Shown: in pieces, positions 29,035 to 38,594 of the stretch
Layout of the letters: each line of letters starts with the position of its first letter
Numbering within the stretch: the stretch's first letter is position 1
Assembly: GCA_903831265.1 (NCBI GenBank)
Contig: CAIKXD010000276.1
Coordinates: forward strand, 21,998-85,997
Length of the DNA: 64,000 nt
Direction of reading: 5' to 3'
Source of the DNA: an uncultured Bacteroidota bacterium
GTDB taxonomy: Bacteria > Bacteroidota > Bacteroidia > UBA4408
Program-made: the position numbers and the translations under genes
Notes under the pieces: model-generated
Database searches by the model: none
What the model was told of the DNA's origin: nothing
The model's input: only the letters and a program-made list of their open reading frames with translations

Positions 29035-31497
29035 TTAAAACTTCCATGTTAAAACAATTTCATTTTTGCTATTTTCAATTTCTACAAAAGGAACATTTTC
29101 GATGTACATTGGTGGTTTTGGGGGTTTGTTATAAGGATCGTAATCAGAAATAGGTTCTATATATTTCATAGCTTCATACTTCATGTTCACTTTATTGCCA
29201 TTCACCAACAACTCTGCTTTTAAATTTTTAAAGCCATGTAAAATAACCTTTATAGTGGTAAAGTGAGAAATATAACTTCCCTCCTGCTTTTCCAAAATTA
29301 ATTTACCATCGGTGTATCTATTTTTCATCCATCTTTTGCAATAATCCCCTTGCTCAAAAGCATAGGTATTTCCATCATCCTCATAATACATAAAATCGCC
29401 ATCATCTTCGCCCCACACATGCAAGCGCAATGTAGTTTCAGGTTTTATTTTTAATGATTGCACGGCAGTTTGCGATGGCATAAAACCTCCGGCTTTTACG
29501 TAAATAGGTAAAATCTCTTTAGATACTTCTATCAGCATTTCTTTACCACCTTCTAGCAATTCATCGCTATACAGATTAAACCACTTACCATGTGGCAAGT
29601 AAATTTTAGTGTATTCTCTAAAGCTTTCTGTTGGAATAATTAATAGGTTTTTCCCAAACAAATATTGATGTTGAAATTGGTTTTGATACACCTGTTCATC
29701 AAAGGTATAATCAATTGCTAACGAACGTGCAATGGGCAATCCATTTTGTGTTGCCTCAAAAAACGTTGAATAAATATAAGGCATTATTTTATAGCGCAAA
29801 CGAATATAATTTCTCGAAATATCTTCTACTTCTTCGCCAAAAGTCCAAGGTTCACTATCCTTGCTATTAATCATGCTGTGCGCTCTAAAGAAAGGAGTAA
29901 ATGCGCCTAACATCATCCATCTAGCAAATAAATCGGGACTGGCTTCACCTGCAAATCCACCCACATCATACCCTGCAAAAGGCACACCCGTTAAGCCCAT
30001 GCTATTAATTAATCTTACACCAGCCATCATATGTTCTTCAGTAGCCACATTATCGCCCGTCCAAACTGCACCATAGCGCTGAACCCCAGAAAAACCGGCC
30101 CGAGTTAAAATAAAAGGTCTTTTGCCATTCAATAATTTTTTAGCGCCTTCGTATGTACTGCGGGCCATTTGCATACCATAAACATTGCGTGCTTTTTTAT
30201 GTGTGGCACCTTCACCATCATATTCAAACTCAATTAAATCGGGTAAATGTTGGCCCCAAGCTGCAGGTTCATTCATATCATTCCAAAAACCTGTCACTCC
30301 ATTTTCGGTAAGTACACTTAACTTTTGGCCCCACCAATTTCTTGTTTTTTCATCAGTAAAATCGGGAAAGCAACTCCAACCTGGCCAAACCTCACCGCTG
30401 TAATGCTCACCGTCAGGGTATTTCACAAACAAATCTTTTTCAACACCTTCATCATAAGCTGCATAACCTTCTTCTCTTTTTACGCCCGGATCTATAATTA
30501 CCGCAAGGTCAAAATTCAAAGCGCGCAATTCATCGGTCAACTTTTTTGGATCAGGAAAACGCTTGTCGTGCCATGTAAAAACCTTATATGCATCCATGTA
30601 ATGAATGTCTAAATAAATTACATCGGCAGGAATATTTTTTTCTCTAAAGGTGCGTGCTGCATTCAACACTTCACTATCGGGATAATAGCTATAACGACAT
30701 TGTTGATAGCCTAAACTCCAAAGTGGTGGCAATTGCATGCGACCAGTTAAAGCCGTGTAGGAAGTAATAATATCGGCCACTTTTAGATGATGAATAAAAT
30801 AATAATTCATTTCCCCATCTTCGGCCTGAAAATACATGAAACGATCATTTGAAGCTCCGAAATTAAAAACGGTTTTATAGCTATTATCTAAAAATATCCC
30901 GTAAGGTAACTGTTCTTTAATACCAATATAAAAAGGTGTGCTCAAATATATAGGATCATCATCTGCAGCATAAGCAAAATTATCGGTATTCCAGTTGGTA
31001 TAAGCATTTCCTCTACGGTTAAGGTTACCTGTTTTTTCGCCTAAGCCAATATATTTTTCGTTTGGATGTAGTGTTTTGTAAGTGGTTACTTCGGTACCAA
31101 TCCATGATGTACCAAAGGAAGTATGATCTTCATTTATCAATTGATCATCTATAGTGTAAAACGAAACTCTAAAAGGATTAGTATTCAAAACCAACTTTAA
31201 GGCTTTTGTTTTTAATACAATTTTATCAGCCAGTTCGGCAATACTAAATTCGGTTTCTATGGGCAATCCAACAACTGCATAAGAAAAATCATCTTTCTCG
31301 TGTATTTTTTTTGAAATCCTGATTCTTATGGTATGCGCACTGTAAACAACTACTGCTATATTTTCAGTTTCTGTTTGCAACAACAAGCCATTGGCAATTT
31401 TTTCTACTTTAGCTATGGCACCAATACTTCTGTTAAAGTTATTGGCTCGCTTTTTCAAATTATCGTTAACTCCAGTTGTGTTTTTCCCTTCAATCAT
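29035..31497 (-). CDS. Alpha-glucosidase (GH31)
   Basis: PPLWSLGYQQCRYSY, YLDIHYMD, IIDPG, catalytic GFWNDMNEP, WTGDN, GYDVGGF, PFFRAH. Confidence 0.95.
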   Translation of the reverse strand: MIEGKNTTGVNDNLKKRANNFNRSIGAIAKVEKIANGLLLQTETENIAVVVYSAHTIRIRISKKIHEKDDFSYAVVGLPIETEFSIAELADKIVLKTKALKLVLNTNPFRVSFYTIDDQLINEDHTSFGTSWIGTEVTTYKTLHPNEKYIGLGEKTGNLNRRGNAYTNWNTDNFAYAADDDPIYLSTPFYIGIKEQLPYGIFLDNSYKTVFNFGASNDRFMYFQAEDGEMNYYFIHHLKVADIITSYTALTGRMQLPPLWSLGYQQCRYSYYPDSEVLNAARTFREKNIPADVIYLDIHYMDAYKVFTWHDKRFPDPKKLTDELRALNFDLAVIIDPGVKREEGYAAYDEGVEKDLFVKYPDGEHYSGEVWPGWSCFPDFTDEKTRNWWGQKLSVLTENGVTGFWNDMNEPAAWGQHLPDLIEFEYDGEGATHKKARNVYGMQMARSTYEGAKKLLNGKRPFILTRAGFSGVQRYGAVWTGDNVATEEHMMAGVRLINSMGLTGVPFAGYDVGGFAGEASPDLFARWMMLGAFTPFFRAHSMINSKDSEPWTFGEEVEDISRNYIRLRYKIMPYIYSTFFEATQNGLPIARSLAIDYTFDEQVYQNQFQHQYLFGKNLLIIPTESFREYTKIYLPHGKWFNLYSDELLEGGKEMLIEVSKEILPIYVKAGGFMPSQTAVQSLKIKPETTLRLHVWGEDDGDFMYYEDDGNTYAFEQGDYCKRWMKNRYTDGKLILEKQEGSYISHFTTIKVILHGFKNLKAELLVNGNKVNMKYEAMKYIEPISDYDPYNKPPKPPMYIENVPFVEIENSKNEIVLTWKF

Positions 31498-31752
31498 ATC
31501 ATTAAATTAAATTCGTATTCAACTTATGTTTAGGCTATAATATTAAGCAATATTTTTGCAAAACACCTTTTAATAAACTTTTAAAGTGTAAATATTACAC
31601 TTTATGAGAAAACAGGAAAGTTTTTTGGTTTTTTTTTTATTGGAAGGATTAAAAATTTGGGTGGTTAGGTAAGTGGATTTAGTTTTTGAATAGAGAAATT
31701 GGACGGTGGACGTCTCCAGGCTTCGGCAGTTTATCAAGCGGGTAAAGTAAGT

Positions 31753-31776
31753 TTTGTTGGTGATAACACCAACAAA
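31753..31776. repeat. Intergenic palindrome (REP-like or terminator)
   Basis: TTTGTTGGTG-ataa-CACCAACAAA, 27 bp past the stop of 31804..32766. Confidence 0.6.
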
Positions 31777-31803
31777 GAGTATGTTGCTAAATTGGAAAAC
31801 TCA

Positions 31804-32766
31804 TTAATCCAACTTAAACAAATATAACCTTGCAAACACATTTACAATTTCTTCGCTCGAAATAAAAACACTCGAATTATCTTTAAACGCTACCCCTTCC
31901 ATTTGGCCAACCTGGGCATATTCACCTAAAGTGTATTTTTTAGCTGTTCCTGCAAAAAAATTATCGCCAGTAAAACCATCAAAAGTCCATAAAAAGCAAT
32001 CAGATTTTTTGTTGTAACCAACAAGCGCAATCCTTTTGCCATCGGGACTTATATCAGCACCCGTAATGCGACCTCCTACCTCAAAACTTCCAATTAATTT
32101 AGCAGCATAATTTCCGGGCTTTGCTGGCAAAGTATATAAATTGGTTTTATCATCAAGCCTATTTTTAGTAAATAAATAAATTTGTTGATTGTGGTATAAA
32201 ATAGCTTCGCAATCAAAATTATGTTTTTTTGAAACATCAAATTCACTTTGCTCAGGGTAATAAAAATTAATGCTTCCTGTTGATTTTACAGAGCTTGTGG
32301 TTTTATTGATATCTTTTATAGCCACCAAATGTATGGCCAAATTTTTTCTTTCGCCTTCATTATTACCCATATCGCCAATGAACAGAAATTCATCATTTCT
32401 TGCTAAATCTTCCCAATCTGTATTTTGTATATTAACAACATCAATTGTTTGTTCTATGTTGCCATTTTGTGTATTCAAAAGCATCAATTGATTTGATCTT
32501 CCTTTATCATTATGAGTAATTAAAAGATTCCCTAAAAGAGCCAGTCCTGAAGTTTCTTTTATCTTTACATTAAGTTCGGCCAGTAGTTTTAAATTTCCGT
32601 TAGTGGCTTTACCGATATCTGGTAAAGAATCAGAAACAATACTTATATTATTTTTATTACTACTTCCGCAAGCAGTTAATGCAAATGCCGATAGTCCTGT
32701 AAAAACAAGAATTGCATTGATGCTTATTGAAATAACTTTAAATTTATACTTCATCAAAAAATACAT
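31804..32766 (-). CDS. Hypothetical lipoprotein, probable beta-propeller (SdiA-regulated/esterase-like-phytase type)
   Basis: Lipobox LTAC; ETSGL, THNDKG, NTDWEDL, FIGDMGNN, FDCEA, ITGADIS, QMEGV. Confidence 0.65.
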   Translation of the reverse strand: MYFLMKYKFKVISISINAILVFTGLSAFALTACGSSNKNNISIVSDSLPDIGKATNGNLKLLAELNVKIKETSGLALLGNLLITHNDKGRSNQLMLLNTQNGNIEQTIDVVNIQNTDWEDLARNDEFLFIGDMGNNEGERKNLAIHLVAIKDINKTTSSVKSTGSINFYYPEQSEFDVSKKHNFDCEAILYHNQQIYLFTKNRLDDKTNLYTLPAKPGNYAAKLIGSFEVGGRITGADISPDGKRIALVGYNKKSDCFLWTFDGFTGDNFFAGTAKKYTLGEYAQVGQMEGVAFKDNSSVFISSEEIVNVFARLYLFKLD

Positions 32767-33418
32767 TTACTTTTGTTACACCTTCTAACTTATTTAAGTC
32801 AGAAGCAAATATTCCTGCTTTGTTCATGTTTTTTAAAATAACATAATATGAATACTCGGTAAGTTGTGCATCGTTCTCTCCTATCTTTTTAATATTGATG
32901 AGTTTATGTTTTTTACAAAAAATGGAAAACGTTTTATGCAGCGCTGCTTCTGGTTGGTTTGCATTTTTAAATATTACTTGTACCAAATATTCTCTTCTTA
33001 CTTTCGAATTTTCGTTCAAGAAAGAGGCCACATAAATTACTGTTCCTATAAACAAAGTACCTGTAATGGCAATAGCAAAAGCCCCAGAGCCACATGCTAA
33101 ACCTAATGCTAAAGCAAAAAAGATAAACATAATATCTTGCGTATCTTTAACTGCTGTTCTAAATCTAATAATCGACATAGCACCTACCAATCCAAAAGCC
33201 CTGGCCAAGTTATTTCCAATAACCATAATTACCAATGCTGTTATTAAAGTAAGCATGATAATTGAAATAACATAACCAGATGAATAGCTAATGCCTTTAT
33301 AAGTAGCTTTGTATAAAATAGCAACAATAACTCCACAAAAAAGCGCTACAACTAAATTTGCCAGCGCCTCTGCAGGGCTCAATGAAAACATAAAAATATC
33401 TTGAAATTGCGTATCCAC
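32744..33418 (-). CDS. DUF4956 family membrane protein; probable GTG start at 33418 rather than the ORF-track start at 33496
   Basis: VIGNNLARAFGLVGAMSIIRFRTAVKDTQD; GTG lies 4 bp after the VTC stop. Confidence 0.88.
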   Translation of the reverse strand: MDTQFQDIFMFSLSPAEALANLVVALFCGVIVAILYKATYKGISYSSGYVISIIMLTLITALVIMVIGNNLARAFGLVGAMSIIRFRTAVKDTQDIMFIFFALALGLACGSGAFAIAITGTLFIGTVIYVASFLNENSKVRREYLVQVIFKNANQPEAALHKTFSIFCKKHKLINIKKIGENDAQLTEYSYYVILKNMNKAGIFASDLNKLEGVTKVNVFFDEV

Positions 33419-33422
33419 TTTA

Positions 33423-34166
33423 TTAAAACATTTTTTGGTTATAGGTTGATATTTCGTTGTGTAAAAACGCTGAAGCATATTTTGATAATGCCTCATGTTT
33501 TAATTCAAATTCCTGTATGATAGATTTGCACCATGAAGGCATGCCTCCTTCAAAATACTTTATCTCTAAAATAAAAGCATCTTTCCAAATATGCGAAAGT
33601 CCATTATTGCTAAAAAGTTCGCTCAAATGCGGAAAAACAGCTGCTCGTATGTTTTTATCAAATGTAATTCTAACCCCTGGGTCAAATTTTCCATGATAAG
33701 GTTCACGATCATAAACAACAAGATTAACGGGTCTTTGCGCTTCGCGATGCAGGTGAAATAAAAAACGGGCTGCATCTTCTTTCATAATGTCACTGGGTTT
33801 CCCATTTGATCTTTTTAGTTCACCAGTTTCAAGTGTTTTATCTAATAAATCATACACAGTAATGGCTCTGTTTTTTGCAATTCTATTGCCCAATTTTCTT
33901 TTTATTTCTAAAAAAACTTCACAACCGGCAAAGTAGTTATTGTACCCTCTTATGCGCAATTTCAATCTATTTTCTAAACCCTCTGCTTTCTCACTTAATG
34001 AGTCGAAATGAGGTGTATCAAAATAAATACTTCTTACAATATACTCTGATTTTAATTCAGTTTGATCTGCATTTAAATCGGGCACCAAAAAAGGCATAAA
34101 CCTTTTGCGCATTGGCTCAAGCATTTCATTATTTACCAAGTATTTTCTTTCGTAACGTAACTTCAT
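33423..34166 (-). CDS. VTC-domain (polyphosphate polymerase/CYTH-like) protein
   Basis: RYERKY, YIVRSIYFDT, R.KLRIRGY, FLEIKRK, YDREPY, RITFD, ILEIKY, LSKY. Confidence 0.9.
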   Translation of the reverse strand: MKLRYERKYLVNNEMLEPMRKRFMPFLVPDLNADQTELKSEYIVRSIYFDTPHFDSLSEKAEGLENRLKLRIRGYNNYFAGCEVFLEIKRKLGNRIAKNRAITVYDLLDKTLETGELKRSNGKPSDIMKEDAARFLFHLHREAQRPVNLVVYDREPYHGKFDPGVRITFDKNIRAAVFPHLSELFSNNGLSHIWKDAFILEIKYFEGGMPSWCKSIIQEFELKHEALSKYASAFLHNEISTYNQKMF

Positions 34167-34167
34167 A

Positions 34168-35226
34168 CTACATTCCCATGGCTGGCTTAAACAAGCGTAA
34201 AAAATAATCTTTGATACTTACCTTGGGGCAATTGATATCCACTTCGGCCATTGTGCCAGGTAAAATATTTTCTTCAAAAGGCCATAAACCTGTTACATAA
34301 AAGGCTTGTTTTCTATCTAAAATTCTAACGCTATTATCAATTCCTACTATATTTCCTTTATGCTCCTTATATGCTATCGTATCGGTTAGTTTTATAAAAT
34401 CTTTTTCTTTCAGTTGTATGGGAATTACACCCACCCAATGAGAGGTATCGCCAATGGTAATGACATTTTCGCCTATTTCGTTTTCTCTTTGCAATAATAT
34501 CATTCCCGACATAGGCGTGGTAAATGTAAAATAAGCCAGTCGCTCACTCACCTGTTTTATTTGTGATTCTAAATTAGAAATACGTGCCGTTACAAGGCGC
34601 TCTTGTTCCTTTTTTTCGCCTGTGGTTATTGACATATATCTTGCTTCGGCAATGCCTACCTCAATTTCCTTTACCTTCAGTTTATTAAGTTCAATATCAT
34701 ATTCTTGTTGAGGAATAACACTATCACCAAATAAAGCGGTACTTCTTTGCAATAATTTTTTTTGAATATCCAATTGTTCTTTAGCCAGCTCCCATTGCTC
34801 CTTAGCAGTTTGAATATCCTCTGGCTTTTGACCGGTGGTATAAAAATCTAATTCTGCTTTCATGATGTTTAACTCGCCTTTTAATTGTATTAAATTGCGT
34901 TGTTCTTCATTACTCACAATCCATCCAATAGTATCGCCAGCATTTACGTATTTTTGACTCAACATTTTGGGGTTTAACAAGAACTGAACAACATCGCCTC
35001 GCTGGAATTCAGTTACCCCGTAACTTTTTACAACACCACGCACATTATCCTTAAAAGAAGAAATCAAATTACCATCTAATGTCCTCACTAAATTAAACTC
35101 TGAGGCAGGCATAAATAAAGCTCTGGAGCTTATCTTATAGGGTACTTTAATATATATACATGCCACCACCAAAATCGCAAAAAATGCAATTACGGTGCTA
35201 ACAACTAATATTCGTCTGCTATTCAT
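34168..35226 (-). CDS. HlyD/membrane-fusion-like periplasmic adaptor protein
   Basis: N-terminal TM, V.AGDTI, long coiled coil, TPMSG, ILPGT.AEVDI. Confidence 0.7.
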   Translation of the reverse strand: MNSRRILVVSTVIAFFAILVVACIYIKVPYKISSRALFMPASEFNLVRTLDGNLISSFKDNVRGVVKSYGVTEFQRGDVVQFLLNPKMLSQKYVNAGDTIGWIVSNEEQRNLIQLKGELNIMKAELDFYTTGQKPEDIQTAKEQWELAKEQLDIQKKLLQRSTALFGDSVIPQQEYDIELNKLKVKEIEVGIAEARYMSITTGEKKEQERLVTARISNLESQIKQVSERLAYFTFTTPMSGMILLQRENEIGENVITIGDTSHWVGVIPIQLKEKDFIKLTDTIAYKEHKGNIVGIDNSVRILDRKQAFYVTGLWPFEENILPGTMAEVDINCPKVSIKDYFLRLFKPAMGM

Positions 35227-35574
35227 TTCTTCTAAAATCTTGTTAAAAGGTGCACAAAATAACTATTTAATAACATATAATTAACTTAATTTCAATTTTC
35301 AATGTAAATAAAGGCAATAATCAGGAATTATATAAAAGTAAGAGGTAAATTCTATTAATTTCAAGGGAAACACTTTTAAAGTTTATTTTAAAACATTTTT
35401 TCAATCCTTTATTTAAAATATTTACAATCATTACAAAATCGTTGTTTCATTTGATATTTTTCAATTAAATTCCAAACATTCCTGATTAAAATGTTGTGAA
35501 ACTGAAGATTATTTAGTTTCACTCAATTAAATTTATCGTATTTAGTTTACATTCGCAAATTCAAAACTGATTCA

Positions 35575-38565
35575 ATGAAAAAAACATTACATCTTTTCGT
35601 GCTTATCCTTTGTTGTATAGGTGCTGTAAATGCGCAACAAAACTTCCCTGTTAACGGCTTAAGAAATGAAAAAAAAATTATCTATGCCTTTACCAATGCT
35701 AAAATCTATATCGATTATAAAACCATTATTGAAAAGGCCACACTTATAATTTGCGATGATAAAATTATTGAAGTGGGCATAGCGGTTATTGTTCCAAAGG
35801 AAGCCCTAATTGTAGATTTACAAGGAAAATCTATTTATCCTTCTTTTATTGATATTTATTCCGATTATGGTGTTGTACAAGCTGAAAAATCTAAGTATAA
35901 AGAAGGGCCACAGTATGAATCTTCGGTAAAAGGAGCCTTTGGTTGGAATGAATCATTAAAAGCCGATTTTAATGCGTATTCTAATTTTAACATTGATGTA
36001 AAAAGTGCAGAGACAATGCGCAAGGCAGGATTTGGAACTGTTTTAAGTTTAAGGAAAGATGGCATTTGCAGAGGCACAGCCGCAGTTTTTACTTTACGTG
36101 ATGACAATCATAACAAAGCCTTAATTAAAGATAAGGCAGCAGCTTGTTACTCCTTCAAAAAAGGAAGTAGTCAGCAACAATATCCATCAAGTTTAATGGG
36201 TTCTATTGCCTTATTGCGTCAAACCTATTATGATGGAAAATGGTATGCAAGCGCTAAAGTAAAAGAGAAAAATATTACCCTAGATAGCTGGAATGATATA
36301 CAAAAATTACCACAACTGTTCGAGTCTGACGATAAATTAAACACACTACGCATTGCAAAAATTGGCGAAGAATTTGGCATCAACTACCTGATTAAGGCAG
36401 GTGGAAATGAATACCAAAGGCTAGCGGAAATAAAAGCTTTAAAATCAAAATTTATATTGCCGCTTAATTTCCCCGAAGCGCTTGATTTAAATGACCCATA
36501 CGATGCTATTAATGTTTCGTTAGCCACCTTAAAAGAATGGGAATTGGCTCCTCAAAATCCTATGTTTTTTGAAAAAGCAGGCATCGATTTTGCCTTTACA
36601 AGTGATGGATTAAAAGACAAATCGAACCTTTTAAAACAAATTCAAAAAGCAATTAAAAATGGTTTATCAGAACAACAAGCACTAAAAGCGCTTACGCAAA
36701 CCCCAGCCGAATACATGCTGATGAATGATTTGATTGGTGCACTAAAAAAGGGAATGTTAGCCAACTTTATCATTAGCAGTGGAAATATTTTTGAGAAAGA
36801 AAATGTAATTTTTGAAAATTGGGTGCAAGGAAGCAGATACATCATCAAAAATTATAACGAAAATGATATTAGAGGAAAATATTCTTTTAAAGCAGGAGCA
36901 GAAGTTTTATTCATGCATATTAGTGGAACTGTTGATGCTCCTAAGATAGACATTTTAAAAGATACATTAAAGTTAAAAACCAATGCAAAATTTGCCAAAA
37001 ACAACTTGACCTTATCTTTTGAAAAAGGTAAAAAAGAAGATGCCGAAACCTACAAAATGAATGCGCTTTTTGCTAATAAAAAATTTAATGGCAACATGCA
37101 AATGCCTGATGGAAATTGGCAATCATTTAATGCAAACTTAATTGAAGCCTATTCAGAAATAGCTAAAAAAGACAGCAGCAAAACAGAAATAGAGACAGGA
37201 AAAATCATCTATCCTTTTTGCGCATATGGGCTTGTTGAGCAACCAATTCAAGAAGAAGTAATACTTAAAAACGCAACAGTTTGGACCAATGAAAAAGAAG
37301 GTATTCTTACCGAAACAGATGTTTGGATAAAAGCAGGCAAAATAGTTAAGGTAGCCAAAGGGTTGCAAAGCCCTACTGCCAGAGTTATAGACGCTAAAGG
37401 AAAACATATTACACCTGGCATTATTGACGAGCATTCGCATATTGCAGCCACCGGAAATGTAAACGAAGGCGCTCATTCAAGTAGTGCAGAAGTGCGTATT
37501 GGCGATATTATTGATTGCGATGACATCAATATTTACCGTCAGTTAGCAGGAGGAGTAACCACAGCCCACATATTACATGGCTCGGCAAATGCTATTGGCG
37601 GACAAACACAATTAATAAAATTAAGATGGGGAAAAACTCCAAACCAAATGAAATTTGAGGGTGCTGATGGCTTTATAAAATTTGCCTTAGGCGAAAATGT
37701 AAAGCAAACCAATTGGGGCGAAAAATACACCATTAGATATCCCCAAACAAGAATGGGTGTAGAGCAAATTTATATTGATGCATTTACCCGTGCAAAAGAA
37801 TATGAAGCTGGATTAAAAGATCCTCTTAAACAACCGGTAAGAAAGGATTTGCAATTAGATGCTATGTTGGAAATAATCAACAAGAAGCGCTTTATTACTT
37901 GTCATTCATACCAACAATCAGAAATAAATATGTTAATACATGTGGCCGATAGTTTTAAATTTAAGGTTAACACATTTACGCATATCCTAGAAGGGTATAA
38001 AGTAGCCGACAAAATGAAAAAACATGGTGTTGGCGCTTCTACATTTAGCGATTGGTGGGCATACAAATACGAAGTAATAGAAGCTATACCTTATAATGGC
38101 GCAATTCTAAATCAAATGGAAGTGGTTACTGCCTTTAATTCAGATGATGCTGAAATGGCAAGAAGACTTAACCAAGAGGCAGCTAAGGCTATCAAATATG
38201 GCGGTGTTAGCGAAGAAGATGCTCTAAAATTTGTTACACTTAATCCCGCCAAATTATTACATATCGACAATAGAGTTGGAAGTTTAAAAGAAGGAAAAGA
38301 TGCAGATATAGTGCTTTGGAACGATCATCCACTTTCTGTTTATACCAAAACTTTGCAAACTTATGTTGATGGCATTTGCTACTTTGATATTGATAAAGAT
38401 ACACAACTTCAAAAAGATATTGCAGAAGAAAGAAATAGATTAATTCAAAAAATGCAGAAAGAAAAAGATAATGGCGAGGTGCTAAAGAAGCCCGTAATTA
38501 AAAAGAAACAACTTCAACACTGCAATGAATACGAATTATTGCCACATGAAAGTGATTCTAATTAA
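35575..38565 (+). CDS. Exported amidohydrolase-family protein with two amidohydrolase-like modules
   Basis: Signal peptide; N-terminal module IYPSFID lacking HxH; C-terminal module ITPGIIDEHSH, GGVTTA.ILHGSANAIGG, FNSDD, GSLKEGKDADIVLW. Confidence 0.88.
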   Translation: MKKTLHLFVLILCCIGAVNAQQNFPVNGLRNEKKIIYAFTNAKIYIDYKTIIEKATLIICDDKIIEVGIAVIVPKEALIVDLQGKSIYPSFIDIYSDYGVVQAEKSKYKEGPQYESSVKGAFGWNESLKADFNAYSNFNIDVKSAETMRKAGFGTVLSLRKDGICRGTAAVFTLRDDNHNKALIKDKAAACYSFKKGSSQQQYPSSLMGSIALLRQTYYDGKWYASAKVKEKNITLDSWNDIQKLPQLFESDDKLNTLRIAKIGEEFGINYLIKAGGNEYQRLAEIKALKSKFILPLNFPEALDLNDPYDAINVSLATLKEWELAPQNPMFFEKAGIDFAFTSDGLKDKSNLLKQIQKAIKNGLSEQQALKALTQTPAEYMLMNDLIGALKKGMLANFIISSGNIFEKENVIFENWVQGSRYIIKNYNENDIRGKYSFKAGAEVLFMHISGTVDAPKIDILKDTLKLKTNAKFAKNNLTLSFEKGKKEDAETYKMNALFANKKFNGNMQMPDGNWQSFNANLIEAYSEIAKKDSSKTEIETGKIIYPFCAYGLVEQPIQEEVILKNATVWTNEKEGILTETDVWIKAGKIVKVAKGLQSPTARVIDAKGKHITPGIIDEHSHIAATGNVNEGAHSSSAEVRIGDIIDCDDINIYRQLAGGVTTAHILHGSANAIGGQTQLIKLRWGKTPNQMKFEGADGFIKFALGENVKQTNWGEKYTIRYPQTRMGVEQIYIDAFTRAKEYEAGLKDPLKQPVRKDLQLDAMLEIINKKRFITCHSYQQSEINMLIHVADSFKFKVNTFTHILEGYKVADKMKKHGVGASTFSDWWAYKYEVIEAIPYNGAILNQMEVVTAFNSDDAEMARRLNQEAAKAIKYGGVSEEDALKFVTLNPAKLLHIDNRVGSLKEGKDADIVLWNDHPLSVYTKTLQTYVDGICYFDIDKDTQLQKDIAEERNRLIQKMQKEKDNGEVLKKPVIKKKQLQHCNEYELLPHESDSN

Positions 38566-38594
38566 TCTATCCAAAATTTAAACATTAACTTACA

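Noticed and set aside
33419-33496. N-terminal extension of the DUF4956 ORF overlapping VTC by 74 bp
   Set aside because: An in-frame GTG at 33418 right after the VTC stop gives a normal-length protein
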